From assembly GCA_951406725.2 (NCBI GenBank), contig OX597837.1:5704001-5768000 (forward strand): 64,000 nt of DNA, read 5' to 3'. Below, one piece after another: positions 41,866 to 55,089 of the stretch. Each line of letters opens with the position of its first letter. The first letter of the stretch is position 1. The notes beneath the pieces were generated by a model. That model made no database searches and was not told the DNA's origin. It was given only the letters and a program-made list of their open reading frames with translations. Both the position numbers and the translations under genes were made by a program. The stretch comes from Octopus vulgaris. Lineage: Eukaryota.

Positions 41866-42150
41866 AATCCAAACGGGAAACAAAAAACAACAACAATGGA
41901 ACAATTACAGTATTATTATTAATAGGCGCTCAGGAAATGGAAGCAGGGAAGTATGACGTTTCGAGCGGAGCTCTTCGTCGGAAACATAAAGAAGGAAGAG
42001 AGAGGAAAGAAAGATCCCAGAGCGGGCCACGGAGATAGAGAAAAAAACGACTGGTGTTAGGAGTTACACATGGTGAAAGGCGGATGTTTACGATAACAAG
42101 AGCAAAGTGGGTTTTTAAAGGCAAAAGAGTGGAGACAAGGTTGGTAACGC
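41860..42150 (-). mobile_element. Penelope pLTR-like element with a minimal hammerhead (41951-41985)
   Basis: Minus strand: CCGACGA a GAGC-tcc-GCTC GAAAC GTC, palindromic ACGT stem III; next to (TA)n. Confidence 0.7.
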
Positions 42151-42289
42151 AACAGATGTGTGTGTATGTGTGAGTGTGAGCGTGTGCGTGTGTGTATGTG
42201 TGTGTGTGAGGCGAGATAAAAAAACAAAAAATATATGTATGTGTTAGTGTGTGCGTCTGTGTGTAGGCGTGTGAGGTAGGGCGAGACGG

Positions 42290-42321
<32 letters not shown>

Positions 42322-42324
42322 TCT

Positions 42325-42735
42325 CTCTTTTCTCTCTTTTACTCTTTTACTTGTTTCAGTCATTTGACTGCGGCCATGCTGGAGCACCGCCTTTTGTCGA
42401 GCAAATCGACCCCGGGACTTATTCTTTGTAAGCCCAGTACTTATTCTATCGGTCTCTTTTGCCGAACCGCTAAGTGACGGGGACGTAAACACACCAGCAT
42501 CGATTGTCAAGCAATGCTAGGGGGACAAACACAGACACACAAACATATACACACACACATATATATATACATATATACGACAGGCTTCTTTCAGTTTCCG
42601 TCTACCAAATCCACTCACAAGGCATTGGTCAGCCCGGAGCTATAGCAGAAGACACTTGCCCAAGATGCCACGCAGTGCAGTGGGTCTGAACCCGGAACCA
42701 TGTGGTTGGTAAGCAAGCTACTTACTACACAGCCA
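42325..42735 (-). mobile_element. Full-length SINE family A
   Basis: Reverse complement of 32447-32862. Confidence 0.9.
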
Positions 42736-42743
42736 TATATATA

Positions 42744-42781
<38 letters not shown>

Positions 42782-42984
42782 AACATATACATATACATAA
42801 ACTCGCTGTTTTATCATGGCTACCGAATAACTGTCACATATTAATTTACAGATAAATTCCTCTATTTACATAATATCGATGTCTCTTTCATTCTTTTGTT
42901 GTATTGCCATTTCTATATGTACAAAGTGCAGGAGTAGGTGTGTTGTAATAAGCTTCCCTCCATATATATATATATATATATATA

Positions 42985-43130
42985 ACAGGTTTCTTTCAGT
43001 TTACGTTTTCTACTGCCGAGACTGTGGTCGGCCCGAAACTATAGCAGAAGACACTTGCCCATGATGCCACTTAGTGGGACTGAGCCCGGAACAATGTGGT
43101 TGGGAAGCAAGCTTATTACAACACACCTAC
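42985..43130 (-). mobile_element. SINE family A 5' fragment
   Basis: ctatagcagaagacacttgccc...cccggaac.atgtggttgg. Confidence 0.75.
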
Positions 43131-43199
43131 TTCTGCACCTTGTATATAAATTTATATATAATTTTTGGTATGTACGTGCATGTGTGTGTTTGTGTGTGT

Positions 43200-43241
<42 letters not shown>

Positions 43242-43449
43242 GTTAGTGAGAGAGAGAGAGATTAAGAAAGATCCCGATAACGTGAATACTCATTACGATA
43301 AAGATTCGGAGTTTATCAGCATCACTATATAATTGTCTTTTGTTATTTCGTAAGGCCGACGAAATCCTTGTGAGTAGATCTGGTAGATGGAAGCATGGAA
43401 ATTGTAAGAGGCTTCCATATCTACGTATGCATGTATCAATATATATATA

Positions 43450-43649
43450 GGGAGAGTTTACGAAAAGAACAAAAGACGAAGACAGGTGGTGTACAATACA
43501 AATAGATGTATTAGTAAAACGTTCAGGAATAGAAAAAGTCTTTTACGTTTCAAGCCTACACTCTTCTACAGAAAGGGACAGAGAAAAACAAGGAGAGAAA
43601 CAAGGAGAGAAAAATATGTGTGTAGTGGCTAACGATCTATCATGGCGAC

Positions 43650-43650
<1 letters not shown>
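43450..43650 (-). mobile_element. Family D copy
   Basis: Aligns to 60843-61040; hammerhead-like segment 43540-43575 has a decayed stem II. Confidence 0.8.
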
Positions 43651-43694
<44 letters not shown>

Positions 43695-44314
43695 TTGTGC
43701 ATATATATGTATGTATATATGCGTATATGCATGTATATCAACATTATATACACAAACATATATATACATACATATATTGTCGCGAAACCTTTCGTCTCTC
43801 GCTCAAGATTCAACGGAAGATATCTAACCACATTACCTGTATTAATAGCTTGTAGGTATTTCCTGAAAATACAAAGTATCACTTTTGAATAACTAATTTA
43901 TTCTGGATAACTATGCATCAGTTGGCAACATAATTAAAAAGTAATTAAATGTTATATTTTTCAATACTTGGTTTTACATATTAATGAGAAAATATAGATG
44001 TTGCATGGCATCTTAACACATTCATGCGTTAGAGAAAGATTACCAGGAGGCGGCAAAATCATTGAAATTATTCAAAAGTTGATATGTACTATAGTTGCGT
44101 GATGGAAAACTGGATGTAATAAATATTTATTAGAAATTCATGAGGCGAAATTTTATGTCTGTCTGTATGTCTAGCTGTTTGGCTGTCTGTCTGTATGAAT
44201 TATGTCATTATTCAGTTTTATTTAACGATTTCTTGCCAATAAAGAAAGAGCCGGGTTCTCACCGAGATCCAAGTCTCCTTCATAGGAATTTCAACAACAT
44301 CAACAGGATATCTT

Positions 44315-44990
44315 TGTATGTGTGTATGTATGTATGTATGTATGTATGTATGTATGTATGAATGTATGTATGTGTGTATGCATATATGTATGTATGTATG
44401 TGTGCATGTGTGTATGAATGTATTATGTGTGTATGAATGTATGTATGTATGATGTATGTATGTATATATGTGTGTATGTATGTATGTATGTATGAATGTA
44501 TGTATGTATGAGTGTACGTATGTATGTATGTACGAATGAATGTATGTATGACTGTATGTATGTATGTATGTATGTATGTATGTATGTGTGTATGAATGTA
44601 TTATGTGTGTATGAATGTATGTATGTATGTATGATGTATGTATGTATGTATATATGTGTGTATGTATGTATGAATGTATGTATGTATGTATGTATGTATG
44701 TATGTACGTAAGCATGTATGTATGTTATGTATGTATTATGTGTGTATGAATGTATGTATGTATGTATGATGTATGTATGTATGTATATATGTGTGTATGT
44801 ATGTATGAATGTATGTATGTATGAATGTATGTATGTATGAGTGTACGTATGTATGTATGTATGTATGTACGAATGAATGTATGTATGACTGTATGTATGT
44901 ATGAATCTATGTATGTATACATGTATGTATGTATGAATGCACGTATGTATGTGTGTATTATTTATGAATGTATGTATGTATGTATATGCA
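44315..44990. repeat. (TATG)n complex satellite with higher-order duplications
   Basis: Seen directly. Confidence 0.95.
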
Positions 44991-45029
44991 TATATATATA
45001 TATATAACGTGACAAATTTGACGTTTTAT

Positions 45030-45180
45030 CTTACAGGTACTACATATTTTTGCCAGCTGAGCGGACTGGTAAAACGATGGGAAATAAAGTACCTTTGTGA
45101 AGGACACAACTCGCTACCGAGAATCGAACTCACGACCTTACGATCATGAGCCGAACACACCAAAACGCTAAACTACGCCC
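45030..45180 (-). mobile_element. SINE head F fragment
   Basis: Matches 955-1100. Confidence 0.75.
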
Positions 45181-45229
45181 CTCTCCTTTCCACACATTCA
45201 CACACACAGACACACACACCAGTATATGC

Positions 45230-45315
<86 letters not shown>

Positions 45316-45319
45316 GTTC

Positions 45320-45505
45320 ATTTTTTCCCTTTTACGATCCCTTTTGATCGAAAACCTACGCCACCTTTTTTTTTGTTTCTTTTGTTTTTTGGGTTTTTTT
45401 TTTCATCCCCCAAAAGAAAAGCTCTACCTTGTAACTTGTCCCATCTGTGTGCAGCCCTGTGTGGCCAATAAAGAAACTTATCTAGTGGCCAATAAAGAAA
45501 GTTAT
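45320..45505 (+). mobile_element. Family E 3' fragment in (TATC)n
   Basis: tttacgatccc...ccccaaaagaaaagctctacc...gtggccaataaagaaa. Confidence 0.8.
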
Positions 45506-46097
45506 CTATACATACATACATGCATACATTTGCATAAATGTTTGTATATATATATATATAAAATACAAACATGCACATGTGCATACACAGAAAAGCTTCC
45601 ACTCCTCTCTCTCTCTTTCTCTTAACTTATCTCTGTCCATCTTCCTCACTCTCTCTCTCTCTCTTATACTTCCCGACATAGAAACATGTTCGAAATAAGT
45701 GTGAAGTAAATAAATAAAAAATGTATGGCAAAACGAATGCAAGCACACTCGAGTATAAATATGGCAAATAACTTTTATGACTCGGAAATAGCGTAAATTA
45801 TCAGAAGATATTTAAGAGCAATTTATAAGAATTTTTTTTAAAAAAGTGTTTACAAACTAATAATGCCATTGACTACTCAAAAAAAAAAAAGAAAAAGTAA
45901 AAAACAAATATAAATAAATGTATTAATTAAGAACGCAATTTCGCACAAAGTCTATTTAATGAGTTGAAAAGTGGATAATGTAAAAATAGAACAAATAAAT
46001 TTATAAATATGTAAATAAATAAGAAATATTAAAAGTTTATATGTAAGTAGATGTATGTATACATATATATATATATATTTGTATTTATATACATCAC

Positions 46098-46164
<67 letters not shown>

Positions 46165-46170
<6 letters not shown>

Positions 46171-46346
46171 AACAGAGAGACGGAACATGGAAGATAGGAG
46201 AATGTTTGTTGCTCACAGCTATTGTTTTGACCCATCTAGCATCGATCCCTCACGGGTGGGGCACTGAACGACTGGTTTATGAGTATTCGTCGATGTAGAT
46301 GTGCCTCTTCAGGTGATTACAACATGTATCGCGTTAAAATAACGAG
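46165..46346 (-). mobile_element. TA-adjacent element with a degenerate long-stem-II hammerhead (46213-46316)
   Basis: Minus strand: TCAC CTGAAGA g..CATCTA CATCGA...TCGATG c TAGATG..c AAAAC aata gct GTGA; GAAA and NUH are mutated. Confidence 0.5.
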
Positions 46347-46519
46347 ATATCTATCGTTTTATCTATCTATCTATCTTTCTATCTATCTATCTATCTATTT
46401 ATTTCTCTCTCTCTCTTCTTTTTTCATTTTTCTTTTCTTTTGTTCCTTTTCCTTTTCTTTTTTTTTCTTGTTATTCTTTTTATTTTTTATTTTGTTTATT
46501 TATTTATTTATTTTGTTCT

Positions 46520-46800
46520 TTTCTTCCCTTTTACGATCCCTCTTGATCGAAAACCTACGCCACCCCCTTTTTTTTTGTTTTTTGTTTTTCATACCCCAAA
46601 AGAAAAGCTCTACCTTGTAACTTGTCCCATCTGTGTGCAGCCCTGTGTGGCCAATAAAGAAACTTATCTATTTCTTTCCATTTACGATCCCTTTTGATCG
46701 AAAACCAAACCCCCTTCTTTTACCCCCAAAAGAAAAGCTCTACCTTGTAATTTTGTCCTGTCTGTGTGCAGCCCTGTGTGGCTAATAAAGAAACATATCT
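46520..46800 (+). mobile_element. Two tandem family E 3' fragments
   Basis: Same motif as 45320-45505, twice. Confidence 0.8.
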
Positions 46801-46847
46801 ATGCAGTTGTCTGCTTGTCTGTCGATCTACATATCTATCTTTATCTG

Positions 46848-46882
<35 letters not shown>

Positions 46883-47108
46883 CACACACACACACAGGCA
46901 CATACACACGCACATACATACACAAACAAGCACACACATAAACGTATTTTGGGGTTACAAAGGGGAGAGTAGAGCCGAACAACATACGAAAGATCGATTC
47001 ATACTCATTTGCTTAACTACGTAACTACGTTTCTAATTACCAATACACGAACCTCTCGGTCTTTGAGCCACTTTGTGACTTCTTCCTTATTAAACAATGA
47101 ACACACAC

Positions 47109-47145
<37 letters not shown>

Positions 47146-47624
47146 ACACACACACACACACATACACACACACGTATACGCAGAGACGGACATTCATATA
47201 AGAATATACACACAAAATAATGCATTTATATAATATATGCTTTGAACTGAGAACAATTCCTTTCAGACAATATCCCAGAGATCAGCAACTAAACCCGTGA
47301 CCAACAGTTCACCGACTGAAATAAATAAACAGTAATAAATATTAATTTATTCAGTTAAAAGATTTGTGTTTTCGCATAAATATTAATCGACTGCGTTCAT
47401 AAAATTTTTTCTTTATTTGTTTTTAGAAAATCTATCCAAATATGCGCAATATCAGAAGTAACGATAATTAATAAAGGTAATTATATATCTAACACAATTA
47501 ATGTGATGATAGTGGAAAGAAAAACGAGTAATATTTAGGATCATAAAATCATTATCAGTAGTTCTCTTTTTCGCTGTTATCGCGGATTCCCATGACGCTC
47601 TGTCACCATCCAATTCCATGACTT

Positions 47625-48420
47625 TTAGCGGTATTTCGTCTGTCTTTGCGTTCTGAGTTCAAATTCTGCCAAGGTCGACTTTGTCTTTCATCCTTTAGAG
47701 GTTGATAAATTAAGTACCAGTTGCTTACTGAGGTCGATCTATTCGACTGGCTCTCCTCTCTCAAAAATGTTGGGCCTTGTGCCTAGAGTAGAAAAGGTAT
47801 TTCGTCTGTCGTGGAGGCACATGGCGTAGTGGTTAAAGCAGTGGACTTGCTGTCGAGGGATTGCGGGTTCGAATCTCGGACCGAGCAATGCGTGTGTTTA
47901 TGAGCGAAACACCTAAGCTCCACGCGGCTCTGGCAGAAAGTAATGGCGACCTTCTGCTGACTTTTTCGTCACAACTTTCTCTCACTCTTTCCTCCTGCGT
48001 CTTGCAGCTCACCTGCGACGGATCTGCGTCCCGTCCAGATGGGGAACCTATACGCCAATGAAATTGGGAAACCGTCCCTTATGAACCAGGCGTGGCTCGA
48101 GAAGGAACAAACAACAACAACATTTCATCTGTCACTAGGTTCTGAGTTAAAATTCTGCCGAGGTCGACTTAGCCTTTCATCCTACCGGCGATCGATGTAA
48201 TAAGTACCAGTAGAACATTGGGTCCATGTAATCGACTAGCCCCTCCCCCAAAATTTCCGGCTTTTGTCATATTCTGTGTCATGCTGAATCTACTTGAGAA
48301 CTATTTGAATCACACGCATGTCTAAGGTATATTCAGCCATTCGCAAGTTAATTTTACGAGCTGGTTGTTCCTGTACGGATCAACTGGAACAAGTCATCAT
48401 CGTATCCAGCGAAGTGCCAT
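47625..48420 (+). mobile_element. Tandem SINE C units; the second is interrupted by a B/Z SINE and ends in tail X
   Basis: ggtatttcgtctgtc at ~47630 and ~47796; C body continues at 48134 and joins tail X near 48260. Confidence 0.75.
47811..48121 (+). mobile_element. SINE B-type head + tail Z, nested
   Basis: TSD atttcgtctgtc / atttcatctgtc (47799-47810 and 48122-48133); (AAC)n tail. Confidence 0.9.
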
Positions 48421-48448
48421 TTTTTAAAAAATCGTATAAATAATATGT

Positions 48449-48820
48449 TGAGGCGCAATAGCCCAGTGGTTAGGGGAACGGAATCGTTTGTCGTAGGATC
48501 GCGGTTTCGATTCCCAGACCAGGCGTTGTAAGTGTTTATTGAGCGAAAACACCTAAATCTCCACGAGGCTCAGGCAGGTAGGAGGTGGCGAGCCCTGCTG
48601 TATACTTTCACCACAACTTTCTCTCACTCTTTCTTCCTTTTTCTGTTGTACCTGTAGTTCAAAGTACCGGCCTTGTGACACACTATGAATCTCCCCGAGA
48701 ACAACGTTAATGGTACACGTGACTGTGGAATACTCAGCCACTTGCACTTTAATTTTACGAGAAGGCTGTTCCGTTGATCGGATTAACTGGAAATCTCATC
48801 ATCGCAACCGACGGAGTGCT
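48449..48820 (+). mobile_element. SINE B + tail X
   Basis: Aligns end to end with 25347-25729. Confidence 0.9.
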
Positions 48821-49263
48821 ACGAATAATGATATAATTTGGATACGGATAATTTTGAAATATTATCCGGTCGTAAGGTTAAAAGTTAGAGGGCAGAGAAT
48901 ACTTAATCAAACATCTATTCATATTAAAATACGCTAATAAACATTTAATACTGGATATATTTAAATGAGCAACAGAGATTAAAGCTAGGGCAGATGAAAA
49001 TGAGAGGCAAAAGGTGAAATAAGATATATAATGATAACAAGTTAATAGTAATATATAATACGATTATTTATTTATGAATGCATCTGTATAATAATGAATA
49101 CTTCTATTGAGTGCATAATTAGCTATTATTTTAAATAGGTGGCGTTATATAAGGAAATTAGCATGATATCCTTAATATATCATATTTCAGGAATATCTTT
49201 ACTTATGACTTCAGACCTAGCATCTCTTCTCATATCAGTGATCCTAAAAATTTTATTTAATTT

Positions 49264-49351
<88 letters not shown>

Positions 49352-49418
49352 GCTAGCTAGCTATCTGTCTAGCTTTCTATATATCTATCCATCTGTCTAT
49401 CTGTCTGTCTATCTGTCC

Positions 49419-49498
<80 letters not shown>

Positions 49499-49855
49499 AT
49501 GTATCTATCTATATAACTATCCATCTATCTATATGTCTGTCTATCTGTCTGTCTATCTATTTATCTATCTATCTATCTATGTATTTATCTATCTATCAGC
49601 CTTGTGTGGCCAATAAAGAAAGTTATCTGTCTGTCTGTCTATCTATCCATCGTGGTAACTACGAACTTATTGTCTGAGTCCGTTTGTCTGTCTTTATGTG
49701 ATCAATCGATTAATTGATCAACCAGTCAATCAATCTATATATCGATCGATAAATCTGTATGAATGTTTGTTTTTATTAAAGCTATGAGATAAACAAACAC
49801 AAAACAAAACACAGTAACATCAAACTGAAGAATTATTCAAAACTTTTCAGTACAG

Positions 49856-50270
49856 AATATATTTTTTATATATTTTTTATATATTTTATATATATTTTTT
49901 ATATATTTTTTATATATTTTATATATATTTTTTATATATTTTATATATATTTTTTATATATTTTTTATATATTTTATATATATTTTTTATATATTTTATA
50001 TATATTTTTTATATATTTTTTATATATTTTATATATATTTTTTATATATTTTATATATATTTTTTATATATTTTTTATATATTTTTTATATATTTTTTAT
50101 ATATTTTATATATATTTTTTATATATTTTATATATATTTTTTATATATTTTTTATATATTTTATATATATTTTTTATATATTTTATATATATTTTTTATA
50201 TATTTTTTATATATTTTATATATATTTTTTATATATTTTTTATATATTTTTTATATATTTTTTATATATT
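49856..50270. repeat. Pure-AT array of TATATA + T-run units (10-12 bp)
   Basis: About 410 bp with no G or C. Confidence 0.95.
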
Positions 50271-50417
50271 CACATAAAAAATGTTGACAGTGAATTTGAA
50301 GTTTCGGTTCGATTGTCTTCGTCAGAGTCTGACAAAAGTAAGCAGAAACTTATATATCACTTTTAACTTGTAAAAATATTATGTATGTATCTGTCTGTTT
50401 GTCCGACTGCCTGTCAA

Positions 50418-50514
<97 letters not shown>

Positions 50515-50529
50515 ATATATATATATATA

Positions 50530-50665
50530 TATAAGGATAAAATCGTTACTTAAAATACCGATTTTATCAGAGGGCTAGCATGGGAATAAAAAACACAAAA
50601 GTAATAATTATTATCAAAATTATAATTAAGTGTATCTAAAAAGATATGTAAGTATTCGAATGTTG

Positions 50666-50714
<49 letters not shown>

Positions 50715-50952
50715 GCATCTACGGGCTATCTGCGTATATTCTACTGATGAAGGCAAAGCATTTCTTATGCAGATCCAGAAACCGAGATCTGGAATTATCC
50801 AGTAATATTTCTTTCTTGGTAGTTTATTTTGTCTCTTTGCCTTCTCTCCTGGTGCAGTGTGAACGTTTAATGTGGTTTTAGAGTCAAAATTTGGCTGCTA
50901 TATCTAGCATGGTGTTATCTCTAAGAGACCCTTAATTATAATTTTAATAATA

Positions 50953-50957
<5 letters not shown>
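50530..50957 (+). mobile_element. pLTR-like element with short inverted arms and a hammerhead at 50738-50795
   Basis: Stem I ATTCTA/TGGAAT, CTGATGA, gg..gcat..atgc..cc, GAAAC, AUC; arms ~50604-50630 and ~50931-50956. Confidence 0.6.
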
Positions 50958-51025
<68 letters not shown>

Positions 51026-51039
51026 ATATGTATATATAC

Positions 51040-51210
51040 ATACAGAAATACAAAAGGTGAAGACAGATGTATGAGTAACAAACAAGTGTATTAGTTTGAC
51101 GCTCGGGAATAATAAAAAAGTCTTTTACGCTTTTCAACAGAAATAAATTAGAGAAAATATGCAGACAGAGAATGAAAAAAACTTGTAGATTCCATCGGTC
51201 CAACATACAG
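51040..51210 (-). mobile_element. Family D partial copy (hammerhead region deleted)
   Basis: gaagacag.tgt...tgtattagtttgacgctcgggaat...aaagtcttttacg. Confidence 0.7.
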
Positions 51211-51429
51211 ATATATATATATAACACAAATAGTCTTTGTTATATCCAGAAATGGCTTTGACGAAATAGCTTTAACTTTCTGAGGTCGTTCAATCTGCCT
51301 CAGTTGATCAACAGACAAACTGAGTAAACCTATCGGTAATGTACCTCTAATGACTACTGGAAACAGCTGTATGCCATATATGCTGAAATAAAGGAATTAT
51401 ATGTAATGGCCATTATTTTTAACTGGTTT

Positions 51430-51564
<135 letters not shown>

Positions 51565-51735
51565 TGTATGTATATAGACACATACACACACATGTATATA
51601 TATATAAGTAAATAACCCGGAGTTTCTACCTTTGAATAGGTCGCTACATCCCTGTTACTTGCGTGAATTTTGCTACCCTGGTAACTGTTTATTGAATTTT
51701 CCATGTTATCGGTAAACAAAGGATAAGTCATCCGT

Positions 51736-51793
<58 letters not shown>

Positions 51794-52429
51794 ATATATA
51801 TGTAGAATTTTATACACGCATACTCATCACACACACGCACGCACCCCATACATACATACATACATACGTACGTACATACATACATACAATCATTAGTGAA
51901 AATAGAAGCGTGATTATGTTTTCGCTGATGCTTTCTTTTATTCCAAATTTCAGATAAAAATCTTTAGCTTATTAATACCCAATTATTATAAAATGATTAC
52001 TATAATTATTATTACAATTAATAAACGTATCATAATTCTTTTCTACCATTTTCATTATTATATAATTACTAAATATATTAACTCTTAATTTTACGAACCG
52101 GAATAGTTCCTGCAATCTCTTTCATATATCTTATTTTAACATTTATGTTTTCGACCATTAAAGCTGTTGGATATATAATTACCTGTTTTAATTAGAGTTA
52201 GTTCTGATATTCTACACGTTTAAATACATTTTCTGAAACATGTTATCAGTTCAGATAGTAAATAATTATGCGAAATCCACATTCTATTTGAGTTAGACAC
52301 ATTGACATCTTAAACGCATACAGACGCATTCACGATATTGGCTTTTGTATGTAGACACGACTCGTTATTATGGTACCCGAACGAAATATGTTAAAAATTG
52401 CTGAAGGCAGGTGCCCTGAATTGTAGATT

Positions 52430-53060
52430 AATATTGGTTTCGAAATCTGGCTCAAGACCAGGAAGCTCCGTGTGGAAATAAGACGATTAGATCACCATCA
52501 AGTGATCAAATGATATTTATGTATATCGAACACAAAAGGACGGAACTCAAAGTTGCCCTCAGCAGAATTTGAACTCATAACATAAAGACAGGCGAAATGC
52601 GGCTAAGCATCTTAGTTGGCATGGTAATGATTCTTATTTCTTTACTGCCCACAAGGGGCTACACACAGAGGAGACAAACAAGGACAAACAAACGGATTAA
52701 GTCGATTATATCGACCCCAGTGCGTAACCGGTACTTAATTTATCGACCCCGAAAGGATGAAAGGCAAAGTCGACCTTGGCGGAATTTGAACTCAGAACGT
52801 AGCGGCAGACGAAATACCTATTTCTTTACTACTCACAAGGGGCTACACACAGAGGGGACAAGGACAGACAAACGGATTAAGTCGATTATATCGACCCCAG
52901 TGCGTAAGTGATACGTATTTAATCGACCCCGAAAGAATAGAAGGCAAAGTCGACCTCGGCGGAATTTGAACTCAGAACGTAGCGGCAGACGAAATACCTA
53001 TTTCGTTACTACTCACAGGGGGCTACACACAGAGGGGACAAACAAGGACAGTCAAAACGG
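52430..53060 (-). mobile_element. Head-to-tail SINE family C array
   Basis: Unit ends tatttc.ttact at ~52636, 52819 and 52999 (period ~180 bp), plus an older copy on the left. Confidence 0.9.
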
Positions 53061-53203
53061 ATTTTGCAATCATTCCTAGGGCACCTATGACAACAGGTAT
53101 TGTTTTAGTCTTCAGGTTCCACATTTTGCTAATTTCTATTTCAAGATCTATATATTTGCTCAGTTTTTGGTAGGTCTTGACAGATACGTTTATATCGATT
53201 GGT
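53061..53203 (-). mobile_element. R4/Dong-clade LINE endonuclease fragment
   Basis: PIDINVSVKTYQKLSKYIDLEIEISKMWNLKTKTIPVVIGALGMIAK; 5' end abuts (TAA)n. Confidence 0.8.
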
Positions 53204-53229
53204 TGTTATTATTATTATCAATATTATTA

Positions 53230-53285
<56 letters not shown>

Positions 53286-53454
53286 GCTCTTCTTTTTCTT
53301 TCTTCTTTTAATTTATTAACCCCTTCTCATTATTCAACCCATTATTTCCTACAGTGAGTTTTTTTCGAGTTTTGACGTCTTTTCCACATTTTGTTTCTCA
53401 ATTATTCAATATTTCATTCTTATTCATTTCAACATTCCGCTCAATTATCCCCCC

Positions 53455-53527
53455 TTCGTCTTCTTTTTCTTCTTCTTCTTCTTCTTCTTCTTCTTCTTCT
53501 TCTTCTTCTTCTTCTTCTCCTTCTTCT

Positions 53528-53566
<39 letters not shown>

Positions 53567-53587
53567 TCTTCTTCCTCTTCTGCTTCT

Positions 53588-53619
<32 letters not shown>

Positions 53620-53632
53620 TTCTTCTTCTTCT

Positions 53633-53671
<39 letters not shown>

Positions 53672-53692
53672 TCTTCTTCCTCTTCTGCTTCT

Positions 53693-53724
<32 letters not shown>

Positions 53725-53792
53725 TTCTTATTATTATTATCATTATTATTCCTCTTCTTCTTTCTCTGCTTCTTCTTGTTCTTCTGCTTCTA

Positions 53793-53875
<83 letters not shown>

Positions 53876-53908
53876 CATTATTAATAATTATTATTATTAT
53901 TATTATTA

Positions 53909-53960
<52 letters not shown>

Positions 53961-53985
53961 CATTATTATTATTATTATTATTATT
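53455..53985. repeat. (TTC)/(TTA) compound microsatellite
   Basis: Seen directly. Confidence 0.95.
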
Positions 53986-54579
53986 TTTCTATGTTATCTT
54001 GTTTAAAATTAACTTTCGTATTTCTCTAATTCTTAACACTATCACGATTTTTTTTATGTCACTGTTTAGTAGGAATGTATGTATACATATGTGCACGTTT
54101 GTGTGTTTATGTCATATACGAATATGCGTACATGTGAATGAGATTGAAAGATAGATAAATAGATAGCTAGATTAAGCGCAAGAGGGAAAAAGAGAAAAAG
54201 AGAGAGAGGTGGGTAGAGACTGAGAGCCTGTGTGTGAGTGAGGGAGGGATTTATTTCTCTAGAGATTAAGCAATATTCCGTTTTCTGGCCAATAATGAAT
54301 CTCGCTATTATGCTGAGCATGACACGTGAAGAGAGGAATATTATTTAATCAATCATCCAGCCGCAGAGTTTTAACGAAGGATCATCATTCACACGTACGC
54401 ACACACATACACACACGCACACACACACACAGAGCCTCATATATATATATATAACACTTTCCCGCACCCGAATAATTAAACACATATTCAGATACATAAA
54501 TGCACTCTTAAACATACACACGCTCACACACATATACATATATACAAACACGCATATGTGCACACACACACACACAGAG

Positions 54580-54619
<40 letters not shown>

Positions 54620-54622
<3 letters not shown>

Positions 54623-54695
54623 ATAGAGGGCATTATTACACATAAATGCCTCACACTAGGAGGGACAAAGTCATTACTACCAAAATTACCAAAAT
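54620..54695 (-). mobile_element. Diverged fragment related to the 22.7-kb retrozyme family
   Basis: tatagagggcattattacacataaatgcctcacactaggagggacaa.gtcatt aligns to 22864-22950; TA-flanked. Confidence 0.6.
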
Positions 54696-54830
54696 ATATA
54701 TATACATACATATAAATCTATTGCTATAGTTATAGCTAGATACATATGTATATAACTATATCTATATAAAATTTTATATGTATGTATGTATACATACACA
54801 TACATATATACGTACACACATACATGTAAA

Positions 54831-54869
<39 letters not shown>

Positions 54870-54941
54870 ATAATATATATGTATATATATATAAATATAT
54901 AATATATATGTATATATATATATATCTATATAATATATATG

Positions 54942-54998
<57 letters not shown>

Positions 54999-55027
54999 GT
55001 ATATAATATATATGTATATATATAATA

Positions 55028-55089
<62 letters not shown>

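Noticed and set aside
50292-50325. Minus-strand CTGACGA...CGAAACTTC
   Set aside because: Stem I and stem II do not pair convincingly; it may be a relic but is unsupported.
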